A DNA stretch of 30,267 nucleotides from a virus. Position 1 is the first letter of the stretch. Each line of letters starts with the position of its first letter. The stretch lies in the UHGV virus genome UHGV-0229465, one strand, 5' to 3'. The position numbers and the translations under genes were made by a program. This document shows positions 18,077 through 28,074 of the stretch, one piece after another. Below the pieces are notes generated by a model. The model was not told the DNA's origin and searched no databases. It saw only the letters and a program-made list of their open reading frames with translations.

Positions 18077-19405
18077 ATGACGTGGAAAGACAGGCTTCAG
18101 GATGCGTCATTTCGCGGCGTACCGTTTAAGGTTGAAGAAGAAAGTGCGGGAACCGGTCGCCGTGTGGAAACACACGAATATCCGAACCGCGACAAGCCCT
18201 ATACCGAAGATCTGGGAAAAGTCACTTTCCGCCCGTCCATCACAGCTTATGTGGTGGGAGATGACTGCTTTGACCAGCGCGATCGCCTGATTGACGCGCT
18301 GAATAAACCCGGTCCCGGCACGCTTGTCCACCCGACATATGGTGAGCTGAAAGTCTGTGTTGACGGGGAAGTTCGGGTCAGCACATCGAAGAGTGAAGGG
18401 CGTATTGTCCGCTTTGACCTGAAGTTTGTCGAAGCAGGAGAACTCTCTTACCCCACATCAGGTGCGGCGACGGCGCAGACGCTGATGTCATCCTGTTCTG
18501 CACTGGATGACTGCATCAGTGACAGCTTCAGCGGTTTCAGTATCGATGGTGTGGCGGATTTCGTGCAGAACGACGTTATCGGTAATGCCAGCATAATGCT
18601 GGGGTATGTTTCTGATGCGATGAAAGTGGTGGATTCTGCCGTATCGGATGCCGCCAGGCTGTTGCAGGGGGATATCTCGGTACTTCTGCCGCCGCCATCG
18701 TCAGGCAAAAATTTCGTTGAGCAGGTGCAGAAAATGTGGCGTACCGGGAAACGCCTTTATGGTAACGCCAGCGACCTGGTCACCATGATCAAAACGCTTT
18801 CCGGTGTCAGCCTCGGCAGCGATCTGCAACCGCGCGGCGTCTGGAAAACGGACAGTAAAACCACCGCCACGGCGACGCAGCAGCGTAACGTGGTTGCCAG
18901 CACCCTTCGTACGACCGCAATCAGCGAAGCGGCGTATGCCGTCACCCGATTGCCTGCGCCAACAACTTCCGCGGTGATGCAGAATGCCGCAGTGGGGCAG
19001 GCAACAACACCCGTGCAGAGCACTGGCTGGCCTTCCGTCACGCATCCGGCACTGAACAATGCACCGGCGGTGAAAAACACGGTTGACCTGCCGACGTGGG
19101 AAGAACTGACCGACATTCGCGACACACTGAATACGGCAATTGATAAGGAGTTGTCCCGTACAACCAGCGATGCGCTGTTTCTGGCGCTGCGCCGGGTGAA
19201 AGCAGATCTGAATGCGGATATCAACACGCGCCTTGAACAGTCTGCACGGATCATTCAGCGCACACCGGATGAGGTTTTACCCGCGCTGGTGCTGGCGGCG
19301 ACCTGGTTTGATAACGCGGCGCGTGACGCGGACATTATCCGGCGTAATGCCATTACGCATCCCGGCTTTGTGCCGGTGATCCCTCTGAAGGTGCCAGTGC
19401 AATGA
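18077..19405 (+). CDS. DNA circulation protein (Mu gpN-like)
   Basis: 442 aa; N-terminus MTWKDRLQDASFRGVPFKVEEES... matches the DNA-circulation N-terminal signature. Confidence 0.8.
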   Translation: MTWKDRLQDASFRGVPFKVEEESAGTGRRVETHEYPNRDKPYTEDLGKVTFRPSITAYVVGDDCFDQRDRLIDALNKPGPGTLVHPTYGELKVCVDGEVRVSTSKSEGRIVRFDLKFVEAGELSYPTSGAATAQTLMSSCSALDDCISDSFSGFSIDGVADFVQNDVIGNASIMLGYVSDAMKVVDSAVSDAARLLQGDISVLLPPPSSGKNFVEQVQKMWRTGKRLYGNASDLVTMIKTLSGVSLGSDLQPRGVWKTDSKTTATATQQRNVVASTLRTTAISEAAYAVTRLPAPTTSAVMQNAAVGQATTPVQSTGWPSVTHPALNNAPAVKNTVDLPTWEELTDIRDTLNTAIDKELSRTTSDALFLALRRVKADLNADINTRLEQSARIIQRTPDEVLPALVLAATWFDNAARDADIIRRNAITHPGFVPVIPLKVPVQ

Positions 19406-20481
19406 ACGACAATGTCACGCTACGGGTAAATGGCCGGGAGTGGAATGGCTGGACATCGGTGCGCATCGGTGCCGGTATTGAACGGCTGGCGCGGGATTTC
19501 AGTGTGGAGATCACCCGCCAGTGGCCGGGAGATGAGGGTATTACCACGCTTCAGCCGCGCATTAAAAACGGTTCAAAAGTGGAGGTGCTGATTGGTGATG
19601 AGCTGGTGATCACCGGCTGGGTGGAGGCGACGCCCGTTCGTTACGATGCCCGTTCGGTCAGCACCGGTATTGCCGGACGCAGTCTGACCGCTGACCTGAT
19701 TGACTGTGCAGCCGAACCGACACAGTTTAACGGACGATCGCTGGTACAGATTGCGCAGGCGCTTGCTGCGCCTTTCGGCATTGAGGTGGTGAACAGCGGT
19801 GCGCCGTCGGGTGTTATTCCTGACGTCCAGCCTGATCACGGTGAAACGGTGATTGAGGTAATCAACAAAATACTCGGTCAGCAGCAGGCACTGGCTTACG
19901 ACGACCCGCACGGCAGGCTGGTGATTGGCGGTATTGGCTCAACGCGGGCACATACTGCGCTGGTACTCGGGGAAAACATCCTTTCCTGCGATACGGAGAA
20001 GAGTATCCGGGAGCGGTTTTCTGTTTACCAGGTGGCGGGGCAGCGTGCCGGAAACGACGATGATTTCGGTGAGGCCACCACCACCGCGCTGCGGGCCCGC
20101 ACAGAGGACGCATTTATTGCCCGTTACCGTCCGATGTATATCAGGCAGACAGGGCAGGCCACGGGGGCAGGCTGTATTGCGCGTGCTGACTTTGAAGCCC
20201 GACAACGGGCGGCGCGGACGGATGAAACCACCTATGTGGTGCAGGGCTGGCGACAGGGTAACGGTACGCTGTGGCAGCCCAACCAGCGGGTGATTGTCTT
20301 CGATCCGGTCTGTGGTTTCGACAATACCGAACTGCTTGTTTCGGAAGTCACGTTTACTCAGGACCAGAACGGCACCCTGACGGAAGTCCGTGTCGGCCCA
20401 CCTGATGCTTATCTGCCTGAACCCGAAGCCCCCGGCGCGCGGAAAAAGAAAAAAGCCAGAGTACAGGAGGACCCGTTCTGA
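19402..20481 (+). CDS. Baseplate hub / tail protein (Mu gpP-like)
   Basis: 359 aa; conserved order after the DNA circulation gene; overlapping start-stop. Confidence 0.75.
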   Translation: MNDNVTLRVNGREWNGWTSVRIGAGIERLARDFSVEITRQWPGDEGITTLQPRIKNGSKVEVLIGDELVITGWVEATPVRYDARSVSTGIAGRSLTADLIDCAAEPTQFNGRSLVQIAQALAAPFGIEVVNSGAPSGVIPDVQPDHGETVIEVINKILGQQQALAYDDPHGRLVIGGIGSTRAHTALVLGENILSCDTEKSIRERFSVYQVAGQRAGNDDDFGEATTTALRARTEDAFIARYRPMYIRQTGQATGAGCIARADFEARQRAARTDETTYVVQGWRQGNGTLWQPNQRVIVFDPVCGFDNTELLVSEVTFTQDQNGTLTEVRVGPPDAYLPEPEAPGARKKKKARVQEDPF

Positions 20482-21029
20482 TGAGGACGATTGAAGCCAT
20501 GCAGCGACAACTCCTCGGCCTGATTGGGCGGGCCGTGGTGAAAAGCATCAGTGCCGCCACGAAATGTCAGACCGTGGATGTGTCCCTGATTGCCGGTGAA
20601 CCCAAAGCCGGGGTTGAACATCTTGAACCCTACGGTTTTACCGCAAGGGCAAACAGCGGTGCGGAAGCGGTGGTGTTGTTTCCGGATGGCGACCGTTCTC
20701 ATGCGGTGGTTGTTACGGTGTCGGACCGTCGCTACCGCCTGAAAGGGCTGCAAACGGGGGAGGTGGCTGTCTATGACGATCAGGGGCAGTCCGTGACGCT
20801 GACCCGGGAGGGGATCGTGGTGGACGGTGCAGGTAAAACGATCACGTTTCGCAATGCGCCTAAGGCACGTTTTGAAATGGACCTGGAAGTGACAGGACAG
20901 GTGAAAGACCTGTGCGACTCCGGCGGCACCACCATGTCAGCGATGCGGCTTGCCTATAACGGCCATCGTCACAGAGAGAACGGTCAGGGCAGTAACACCG
21001 ACAAACCTGATAAAGCGATGGAGGCATGA
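20481..21029 (+). CDS. Baseplate spike protein (gpV-like)
   Basis: 182 aa; AGGAGG RBS; position in Mu-type baseplate module. Confidence 0.75.
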   Translation: MRTIEAMQRQLLGLIGRAVVKSISAATKCQTVDVSLIAGEPKAGVEHLEPYGFTARANSGAEAVVLFPDGDRSHAVVVTVSDRRYRLKGLQTGEVAVYDDQGQSVTLTREGIVVDGAGKTITFRNAPKARFEMDLEVTGQVKDLCDSGGTTMSAMRLAYNGHRHRENGQGSNTDKPDKAMEA

Positions 21030-21454
21030 TGGAACTGTGGCTGACGGTGAACGGTAAACGCACCTGCGCCAGCGCACCGCTGGATCCGCTGACCCGCGCC
21101 GTTGTGATTTCCCTGTTTACCTGGCGGCGGGCGGAGCCTGATGATAATGCCGACGTCCCGATGGGATGGTGGGGGGATACCTGGCCTGCGGTACAGAATG
21201 ACCGTTACGGCTCCCGACTGTGGCTGCTTCAGCGCAGCAAACTGACCAATCAGCTGGTGCAGACGGTAAGGGGGTATATCCGCGAATGCCTGCAATGGAT
21301 GATTGATGACGGCGTGGTGTCCCGTATTGATTTGGATATCCGCCGTACCGGGATTAATGAACTGGGTAACAGTATCACTCTCTGGCGTCGTGACGGACCG
21401 GTAATGATTTCTTTTGATGATCTGTGGAGTGCGATAACGCATGGCGGACAGTGA
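21026..21454 (+). CDS. Baseplate protein (GP46 family)
   Basis: 142 aa; position between spike and J-like genes. Confidence 0.75.
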   Translation: MMELWLTVNGKRTCASAPLDPLTRAVVISLFTWRRAEPDDNADVPMGWWGDTWPAVQNDRYGSRLWLLQRSKLTNQLVQTVRGYIRECLQWMIDDGVVSRIDLDIRRTGINELGNSITLWRRDGPVMISFDDLWSAITHGGQ

Positions 21455-22499
21455 ATTTCAGCGCCCGACGCTGGCAGAAAATATCAGTATGCTCCGTAAC
21501 GATTTATTCGCCAGGCTGGACGTCAGCGACACGCTCCGGCGCATGGATGAAGACGTGCGGGCAAAGGTGTATGCGGCGGCGCTGCATACGGTTTACGGTT
21601 ACATCGATTATCTGGCAATGAACATGCTGCCTGACCTGTGCGATGAGTCCTGGCTGGCGCGACATGCTGCGATGAAACGGTGTCCGCGCAAGGGGGCCAC
21701 GGCTGCCAGCGGGTATATGCGCTGGGAAGGTGTCAGCGATGGCCTGAAGGTGACTGCCGGGAGCGTGATTCAGCGCGATGACCTGGTTCAGTACACGGCA
21801 ACTGCTGATGCAACCAGCTCCGGTGGTGTCCTGCGCGTGCCGATCACCTGCTCAACTACAGGCGCGGTCGGTAACGCTGACGACGGTACGGCATTAATCC
21901 TGGTCACGCCGGTGAATGGTCTGCCGTCTTCCGGTGTGGCTGACACCCTGACAGGCGGATTTGATACTGAAGAGCTGGAAACGTGGCGCGCCCGCGTCAT
22001 TGAGCGGTATTACTGGACGCCGCAGGGCGGGGCTGACGGGGACTATGTCGTCTGGGCTAAAGAAGTGCCCGGCATTACCCGCGCATGGACATACCGTCAC
22101 TGGATGGGAACGGGAACTGTCGGTGTGATGATTGCCAGCAGTGACCTGATTAATCCCATTCCGGAAGAATCAACGGAAACGGCGGCAAGACAACATATCG
22201 GGCCACTGGCCCCGGTGGCAGGCTCTGATTTGTATGTGTTCAGGCCGGTGGCACATACGGTGGATTTTCATATCCGCGTGACGCCGGACACACCGGAAAT
22301 ACGGGCTGCCATCACCGCCGAGTTGCGTTCGTTCCTGCTGCGTGATGGTTATCCGCAGGGAGAACTGAAGGTGTCACGTATCAGTGAGGCGATTTCCGGT
22401 GCGAACGGGGAATACAGCCATCAGTTGCTTGCACCGGCGGACAATATCACCATTGCGAAAAATGAACTGGCGGTTCTGGGGACGATTTCATGGACGTGA
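21441..22499 (+). CDS. Baseplate J-like protein (Mu gp47-like)
   Basis: 352 aa; position and size. Confidence 0.8.
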   Translation: MADSEFQRPTLAENISMLRNDLFARLDVSDTLRRMDEDVRAKVYAAALHTVYGYIDYLAMNMLPDLCDESWLARHAAMKRCPRKGATAASGYMRWEGVSDGLKVTAGSVIQRDDLVQYTATADATSSGGVLRVPITCSTTGAVGNADDGTALILVTPVNGLPSSGVADTLTGGFDTEELETWRARVIERYYWTPQGGADGDYVVWAKEVPGITRAWTYRHWMGTGTVGVMIASSDLINPIPEESTETAARQHIGPLAPVAGSDLYVFRPVAHTVDFHIRVTPDTPEIRAAITAELRSFLLRDGYPQGELKVSRISEAISGANGEYSHQLLAPADNITIAKNELAVLGTISWT

Positions 22500-23074
22500 C
22501 AAACGATGATTACATCCGTCTGTTGTCGGCACTGCTGCCCCCTGGTCCGGCGTGGTCAGCCAGCGATCCGGCGATTGCCGGTGCAGCACCGTCATTAACC
22601 CGCGTTCATCAGCGTGCGGATGCCCTGATGCGGGAGCTGGATCCGCGCACCACCACTGAACTGATAAACCGCTGGGAGCGTCTGTGCGGCCTGCCGGATG
22701 AATGTATTCCGGCGGGAACGCAGACCCTTCGCCAGCGTCAGCAACGGCTGGATGCGAAGGTTAATCTGGCGGGCGGCATCAATGAGGATTTTTACCTTGC
22801 ACAGCTTGCTGCCCTGGGCAGACCAGACGCCACCATCACGCGATACGATAAAAGCACGTTCACCTGCTCATCGGCCTGTACTGACGCAGTGAATGCGCCG
22901 GAATGGCGGTATTACTGGCAGGTCAACATGCCAGCCGCCACCAACACCACCTGGATGACATGTGGCGATCCCTGTGATTCCGCACTGCGTATCTGGGGCG
23001 ACACCGTTGTCGAGTGTGTGCTTAACAAACTCTGCCCGTCGCATACCTACGTAATTTTTAAATATCCGGAGTAA
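22490..23074 (+). CDS. Tail protein (Mu gp48 / e14 YmfQ-like)
   Basis: 194 aa; directly precedes the tail-fibre gene as in e14 and Mu-like tails. Confidence 0.75.
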   Translation: MDVTNDDYIRLLSALLPPGPAWSASDPAIAGAAPSLTRVHQRADALMRELDPRTTTELINRWERLCGLPDECIPAGTQTLRQRQQRLDAKVNLAGGINEDFYLAQLAALGRPDATITRYDKSTFTCSSACTDAVNAPEWRYYWQVNMPAATNTTWMTCGDPCDSALRIWGDTVVECVLNKLCPSHTYVIFKYPE

Positions 23075-23077
23075 TCC

Positions 23078-23725
23078 ATGCATCGTATAGACACGAAAAC
23101 CGCGCAGAAGGATAAGTTCGGCGCGGGTAAGAACGGTTTTACCCGTGGTAACCCCCAGACCGGCACGCCAGCCACCGATCTGGATGATGACTACTTTGAC
23201 ATGTTGCAGGAGGAGCTTTGCAGCGTGGTGGAGGCATCCGGTGCCAGCCTGGAGAAGGGGCGGCACGACCAGTTGCTTACCGCGCTTCGTGCGCTGCTGT
23301 TAAGTCGCAAGAATCCGTTTGGCGATATCAAATCGGATGGCACGGTGAAAACAGCTCTCGAAAACCTTGGTTTGGGAGAAGCGGCAAAGAGGAATGTGGG
23401 GACAGGAGAAAATCAGGTACCGGATATGAACAGCTTTGGTAACTCATTGACCGCCAATGGATACCAGAAATTACCTGGGGGGATGATTATTCAATGGGGG
23501 AGTTTTTCTGTCTCACCAACCGGAGGAAGTGTTGGAACAGTTGATATAACATTACCTGTAGCTTTCCCTGCTGCTTGTCGTTCGGTAAACGCTCTTATTT
23601 CAACTAATGATCCTTCTGCCCGTTCTGTGGGCTTTGATATTGGAAGTACCAACAGAACTAAAATCAGATTTACTTACACTTCTGCTACAACAAATTCAAT
23701 TTACTGGATTGCTGTGGGGTATTAA
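23078..23725 (+). CDS. Tail fibre protein: constant N-terminus fused to the currently expressed variable C-terminus (Sv)
   Basis: GGAG RBS; crossover site lies inside the gene at codons ..LENLGLGE..; downstream part is AT-richer than the constant part. Confidence 0.8.
   Translation: MHRIDTKTAQKDKFGAGKNGFTRGNPQTGTPATDLDDDYFDMLQEELCSVVEASGASLEKGRHDQLLTALRALLLSRKNPFGDIKSDGTVKTALENLGLGEAAKRNVGTGENQVPDMNSFGNSLTANGYQKLPGGMIIQWGSFSVSPTGGSVGTVDITLPVAFPAACRSVNALISTNDPSARSVGFDIGSTNRTKIRFTYTSATTNSIYWIAVGY
23355..23380. repeat. Invertase crossover site (gix/pix/hix-like), left
   Basis: ctctcgaaaaccttggtttgggagaa is an imperfect 26-bp palindrome resembling the recalled hix/gix consensus; inverted copy at 25213-25238 shares the 14-bp ttggtttgggagaa. 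Confidence 0.7.
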
Positions 23726-23727
23726 CT

Positions 23728-24159
23728 ATGGAAAAGACATATTATTTTAATCCCTCTGATTCGGGATTTTATATTTCACCAGATAGCCAAACCATTCCTG
23801 AGAACGCTACGAAAATAAACTTTACTATTTATTCTGAGTTCGCAGGAGTTGCATGGCCTGATGGTAAAATACTTGGTTCAGATAAAAATGGTTTTCCAGC
23901 ATGGCAGGATGCGCCACCACTTACCAGCGAAGAATTAATCTCAATCGCTGAATCAAATAAACAGCGATTAGTTAATCAGGCCAACGAATACATGAACAGT
24001 AAACAATGGCCTGGTAAAGCGGCGATTGGTCGTCTGAAAGGTGAGGAACTGGCGCAATATAATTTGTGGCTGGATTATCTGGACGCACTGGAACTGGTCG
24101 ATACTTCCAGTGCGCCAGATATTGAATGGCCTACTCCTCCGGCAGTTCAGGCCAGATGA
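23728..24159 (+). CDS. Tail fibre assembly protein (paired with the expressed fibre tip)
   Basis: 143 aa immediately after the fibre gene; C-terminus ..LWLDYLDALELVDTSSAPDIEWP typical of tail-fibre assembly proteins. Confidence 0.75.
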   Translation: MEKTYYFNPSDSGFYISPDSQTIPENATKINFTIYSEFAGVAWPDGKILGSDKNGFPAWQDAPPLTSEELISIAESNKQRLVNQANEYMNSKQWPGKAAIGRLKGEELAQYNLWLDYLDALELVDTSSAPDIEWPTPPAVQAR

Positions 24160-24733
24160 CATCCGGCGCGGTACTGGTATCTGTTGCCGTCACCGCGTCA
24201 ATGTAATCCAGCACAGTGTTAAGTCGGGTGGTCTCTGCCTGCATCAGCTTCCGCCCGGCCTGCAATTTCAGTTGAATCAGACTAATGGAAGCCATTGCAG
24301 TATCAATCAGTGACTGACGTTGTGCTTCTGCCGCGTCTACTGCGGCGCTATGCTGTGTCTCAGTATCCGTCACCCATTTCTCACCATCCCATTTATCGTA
24401 TGGCGTTAACGGGGCGATAGTGGTTGTTTTTTCGGGGTAATCACCCGGAGTTGTGATTTCTTTGGCGTCTCCCGTTTCGGTGTTATAGACGATTTCACCG
24501 CGATGGTCTGGTACATATTCCCATGAGTTAAAATCTGCAGAGCGGCAGATTGCATAACCAGCTTTGTAGGTGCCTGGAGCATCTAAACAGGAATATGCCG
24601 GAATGCCGACACCAACAGCAAGATATTCAGTTGAAGCTGAAATATACTCCCGACTCATGACGTCAAAGTTATAAACAGTGATTTCTCCTGCCATAGTGGC
24701 AATTAATTCACTGTTTAATTCTGCGTTATTCAT
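24131..24733 (-). CDS. Tail fibre assembly protein, alternative copy (inverted orientation)
   Basis: 200 aa on - strand converging on the + strand copy; C-terminus ..LDYIDAVTATDTSTAPDVIWPELP parallels it. Confidence 0.75.
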   Translation of the reverse strand: MNNAELNSELIATMAGEITVYNFDVMSREYISASTEYLAVGVGIPAYSCLDAPGTYKAGYAICRSADFNSWEYVPDHRGEIVYNTETGDAKEITTPGDYPEKTTTIAPLTPYDKWDGEKWVTDTETQHSAAVDAAEAQRQSLIDTAMASISLIQLKLQAGRKLMQAETTRLNTVLDYIDAVTATDTSTAPDVIWPELPEE

Positions 24734-25266
24734 TATGCAGCCCTCACAATATAGTTAAAAGCGACATTTCGTGGGCGTGTTTCATTCGCACCTGCAGGTT
24801 TAGTCGTTGCCGCAACAACACCACCCTCTGTAATAGCCGGGTTGGGAATTGGGTAATTATCGAAGTCAATGGCTGGAGACAGGGGCGTGATTTGTTTTAA
24901 AATCGTGGTGCCTGTAAAACTTCCCAGAGTCTGGTCGTTAGTTCGTGAAGTCCAGATTCCCCAATAGTGGTTATGACTGACAATCGCACCGTCCTGAAGC
25001 GTTAATAATCCCCTTCCGTTATCCACTCCACGTCCGTCATCCCAGCCACGAATAAACTCACCGCGTAAATCAGGTAATTTATTTGTCGGATAAGCCTTTG
25101 CCAGTTCCGGGTATTCTTCAGCAGAAAAAGCTGCTCCGTTGCATTTCAGCCAGCCTGTTGGCGGAGTGGCTGAAGGCCACGGAACAGGCACACCAACGGG
25201 TAATGCTGAGCCTTCTCCCAAACCAACGTTTATGAAAATGTAGAAATAACGAGCAAATGGCATCAT
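24733..25266 (-). CDS. Alternative tail-fibre variable C-terminal cassette (Sv'), silent in current orientation
   Basis: - strand ORF with receptor-binding-tip motifs (..LPDLRGEFIRGWDDGRGVDNGRG..); its 5' end contains the right crossover site encoding ..INVGLGEG.., in frame with the constant fibre part after inversion. Confidence 0.7.
   Translation of the reverse strand: MMPFARYFYIFINVGLGEGSALPVGVPVPWPSATPPTGWLKCNGAAFSAEEYPELAKAYPTNKLPDLRGEFIRGWDDGRGVDNGRGLLTLQDGAIVSHNHYWGIWTSRTNDQTLGSFTGTTILKQITPLSPAIDFDNYPIPNPAITEGGVVAATTKPAGANETRPRNVAFNYIVRAA
25213..25238. repeat. Invertase crossover site, right
   Basis: ttctcccaaaccaacgtttatgaaaa; reverse complement matches the left site over its right half; 55 bp upstream of the invertase start. 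Confidence 0.7.
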
Positions 25267-25292
25267 TCCTGCTTTTGTCAGGGAGATCTACC

Positions 25293-25631
25293 ATGCTTAT
25301 TGGCTATGTACGTGTGTCAACAAATGACCAGAACACAGATCTACAACGTAATGCGCTGAACTGTGCAGGATGCGAGCTGATTTTTGAAGACAAGATAAGC
25401 GGTACAAAGTCCGAAAGGCCTGGACTGAAAAAACTGCTCAGGACATTATCGGCAGGTGATACGCTGGTGGTCTGGAAACTGGACCGACTGGGGCGCAGTA
25501 TGCGGCATCTTGTCGTGCTGGTGGACGAAGATTTAGAGCATGAGTTAATTAATGGCGGTTTGTCCCACTATTGTGGTTGGTATCCCCATAGAACAGGGCA
25601 AGATATAGTTGTTCATCATGTTCACTCATAA
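25293..25631 (+). pseudogene. Serine DNA invertase (Pin/Gin/Hin/Cin family), truncated: catalytic N-terminus only
   Basis: GGGAG RBS; MLIGYVRVSTNDQNTDLQRNAL...LVVWKLDRLGRSM matches recalled Gin/Pin N-terminus with catalytic Ser; similarity is lost after ~residue 85 and the ORF stops at 112 aa (family ~185-190 aa), where AT-rich DNA begins. Confidence 0.7.
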
Positions 25632-26031
25632 GCAGAACTTCGGTGCTTGGCGTTATATTGAACCTTCTGAGGGATTCTGAGGATGAGTGGAATGTCGCGT
25701 TCTGATTCATCAGTAAGTAGGGAAAGATAGACTTTATGCGTCATTGACGGTGAAAGCGGCTATACATAGAAACTACCGACCAGCATCAGCCTGAAAATAT
25801 AGGCAGATAGAAAAAGTGGTCCGCACTTGCAACTAATGTTAAACCGTTTGTAGATATTGTGCTTCGGGTACAATTCTGTCCTATCGTTGCACTTAGCTAA
25901 CTACTCTATATTTAATGCATTGTAATAAAGATATAAAAGTTGTAGTGTTGAGGGTCCAATTGCACATAAGAGTGCAAATTTGAGTTTGGCCGTAGGCTAA
26001 TGATGAGAGTATAAGTTGGATTGGGTGCACT

Positions 26032-27129
26032 ATGAAGAAAAAAATAGCAGATCTACTAGCCGTTAAAACAAATATATTCGAAGTGTTCATTGTTGCGGTA
26101 TTAATTGCCTTGGGCGTAAATATACTGTCATCAGGCGTTGTTGGTTATTTTAACTTGTCATTTTTGAAAATGATTGTTGTTGGTGCGCTACTAATAATTT
26201 TAGGTGCCACAATCTTTCTGCGTAACGCCTATCCTATGAATAATGGGAAATATGATTTTGAGGGGGTTGTGTGTTTAGACAATGAAAAAAAAGAGTTGAT
26301 ATCAATTGAAGGCTACGATTTTTCCGAAGAGGTTAGCCGTTACCTAAAAGGATTATGCGCGGAAAATAAGGCTATTCATAAATCATGGACTGAGGGGCCA
26401 ATTGGTTATGCTTTTGATTTTAAAGGGAAGGGGATAAATAGCAAAAAAATGAAAGCAAATGCACTATTTATCGAGGCGATTGAGTATTATGTTTTAAGAA
26501 AACTTGCTCTTCATTTAAGTAGCTATTTTAATGATGATGAATCTTTTTCCGATGATTATTTGGTTAAACTAGATAGGAAAAGTATTCCTGATGTTCTTAT
26601 GGGGAATAGATTTATTGATACTTTTTCTAGAGCTATGGATGAACGTGAGCAATTTATGGATTATAGTTCTTTACCATCTATAGGTAAAGTTGTATATGCA
26701 TATGGCAATGGAGGCGCAATTTTTGACCATTTTGAAATAGTTCTTCCCAAAAGTAGTTCGCTCACAAGAGAGAGCGACTCTAGTATAAGTATTGTTACTA
26801 AAAGATTTAAGATTAATTATCGCCCTGTGTTCGAGGGATTCGGGGCTAATCTACCAATGAAATTTGGAAATCTTTATTTGGGTAGAGAGTTTAATTCATT
26901 TTCAACTTATTCAGTAGGTTTGGTAGTTACAGTGGATTTTAATGCCAAGTCTTTATTAACAACTAAGGGATGGGAATATTATTGGTGGCTTGATTCGTTT
27001 TTGGGAGAATTGGAACAATCATTTTCTAAAAAAATGTTTTTATCTAAAATATCTTGGGAGCAAAATGCAGCAATGTTTCTTATGCTTGAAAATAAGAGTA
27101 AAATGCAGCACAAGAGAGAGAATTTTTAG
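26032..27129 (+). CDS. Membrane-anchored hypothetical protein (two N-terminal TM helices, ~300-aa cytoplasmic domain)
   Basis: 365-aa ORF in very AT-rich DNA; promoter-like TTGGCC-18 bp-TATAAG upstream; Lys-rich N-terminus then two hydrophobic helices; no recognisable catalytic motif. Confidence 0.6.
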   Translation: MKKKIADLLAVKTNIFEVFIVAVLIALGVNILSSGVVGYFNLSFLKMIVVGALLIILGATIFLRNAYPMNNGKYDFEGVVCLDNEKKELISIEGYDFSEEVSRYLKGLCAENKAIHKSWTEGPIGYAFDFKGKGINSKKMKANALFIEAIEYYVLRKLALHLSSYFNDDESFSDDYLVKLDRKSIPDVLMGNRFIDTFSRAMDEREQFMDYSSLPSIGKVVYAYGNGGAIFDHFEIVLPKSSSLTRESDSSISIVTKRFKINYRPVFEGFGANLPMKFGNLYLGREFNSFSTYSVGLVVTVDFNAKSLLTTKGWEYYWWLDSFLGELEQSFSKKMFLSKISWEQNAAMFLMLENKSKMQHKRENF

Positions 27130-28074
27130 ACAAATAAAAGCAGTCTAAATATCTACATACAGGAAAATGTTCGCATCTGTCTAATGGTGAACAATAGTGG
27201 CTGTAAAAGCTGTAATTTGGGTTCGCTATGTGCTGCATGCATCGGTTGGGCTCACTGCTTATAACAGACATTAATTTTATGACAGAAAGACATTCATGCT
27301 AGTTGGAATATGCATAAAACTCCCTCTACACTGTGTTTGTATACAGTATTATTTTACTGTGCAAATAAGCAGCATTATTGTTTTCTCTGTTCAAGTAAAA
27401 AGAAATGGATACACTCACAAAGATTTTGATGGTGGCACGATAAGTGTCTTCGTTTTTATGAGAGCAGTTGTTGTGGCTTCATCACTAGTACTTAGCATCA
27501 AGACTGATTTCTTGCTGTTGGTTCAAGTACTTTATCCCATAAAAGCCCACATCTGTGGGCTTTCAAGTCACTAGGGCACCGCGGCTCCTTTGCGTATCTT
27601 TTTTTGTATCCTCACCGTCTGGTCGGTGTCCTGCTTTGGCTGCTAACTTGCTGTTTTTGTTGGAATTATCCTTACGCCACCCAATCATGATTGGTGGAGC
27701 TGGCGGGAGTTGAAACCGCAGGCACGTCGTATGCAAGAACGTGCTGCGGTTGGCTGGTGAACTTCCAATAGTGCGAGTATTGAATGATTTCCAGCTGTTA
27801 TAGATTTTACGTATTTTTTGTATGAGAGGATTTGCATCTCCTCCCACCGATCCTCCATGACTTTACTCCACTGTCTATAGGGCTGCTGTGTGCTAGAAAC
27901 GGACATTTTGGTCAACTGAGGGCATGGAAACTTGTTCAATAAATAACGTATAATCAATTGAAAATAAAATGAAATAATTGTAATATCAAAATTCAAAGCC
28001 CGTAGTGAGTATGATTATCTATTCTTAATTTCAACCTCTTAATTCTAAATAAGTTAGACAAATCGGAATGGCAG

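Noticed and set aside
18757-19254. 165-aa - strand ORF (and 18701-19045) inside the DNA-circulation gene
   Set aside because: Antisense frames within a confidently assigned + strand gene.
27296-27996. Three short overlapping ORFs (27296-27574 +, 27563-27847 -, 27685-27996 -)
   Set aside because: No RBS, mutually overlapping, low-complexity translations; region treated as non-coding or decayed.
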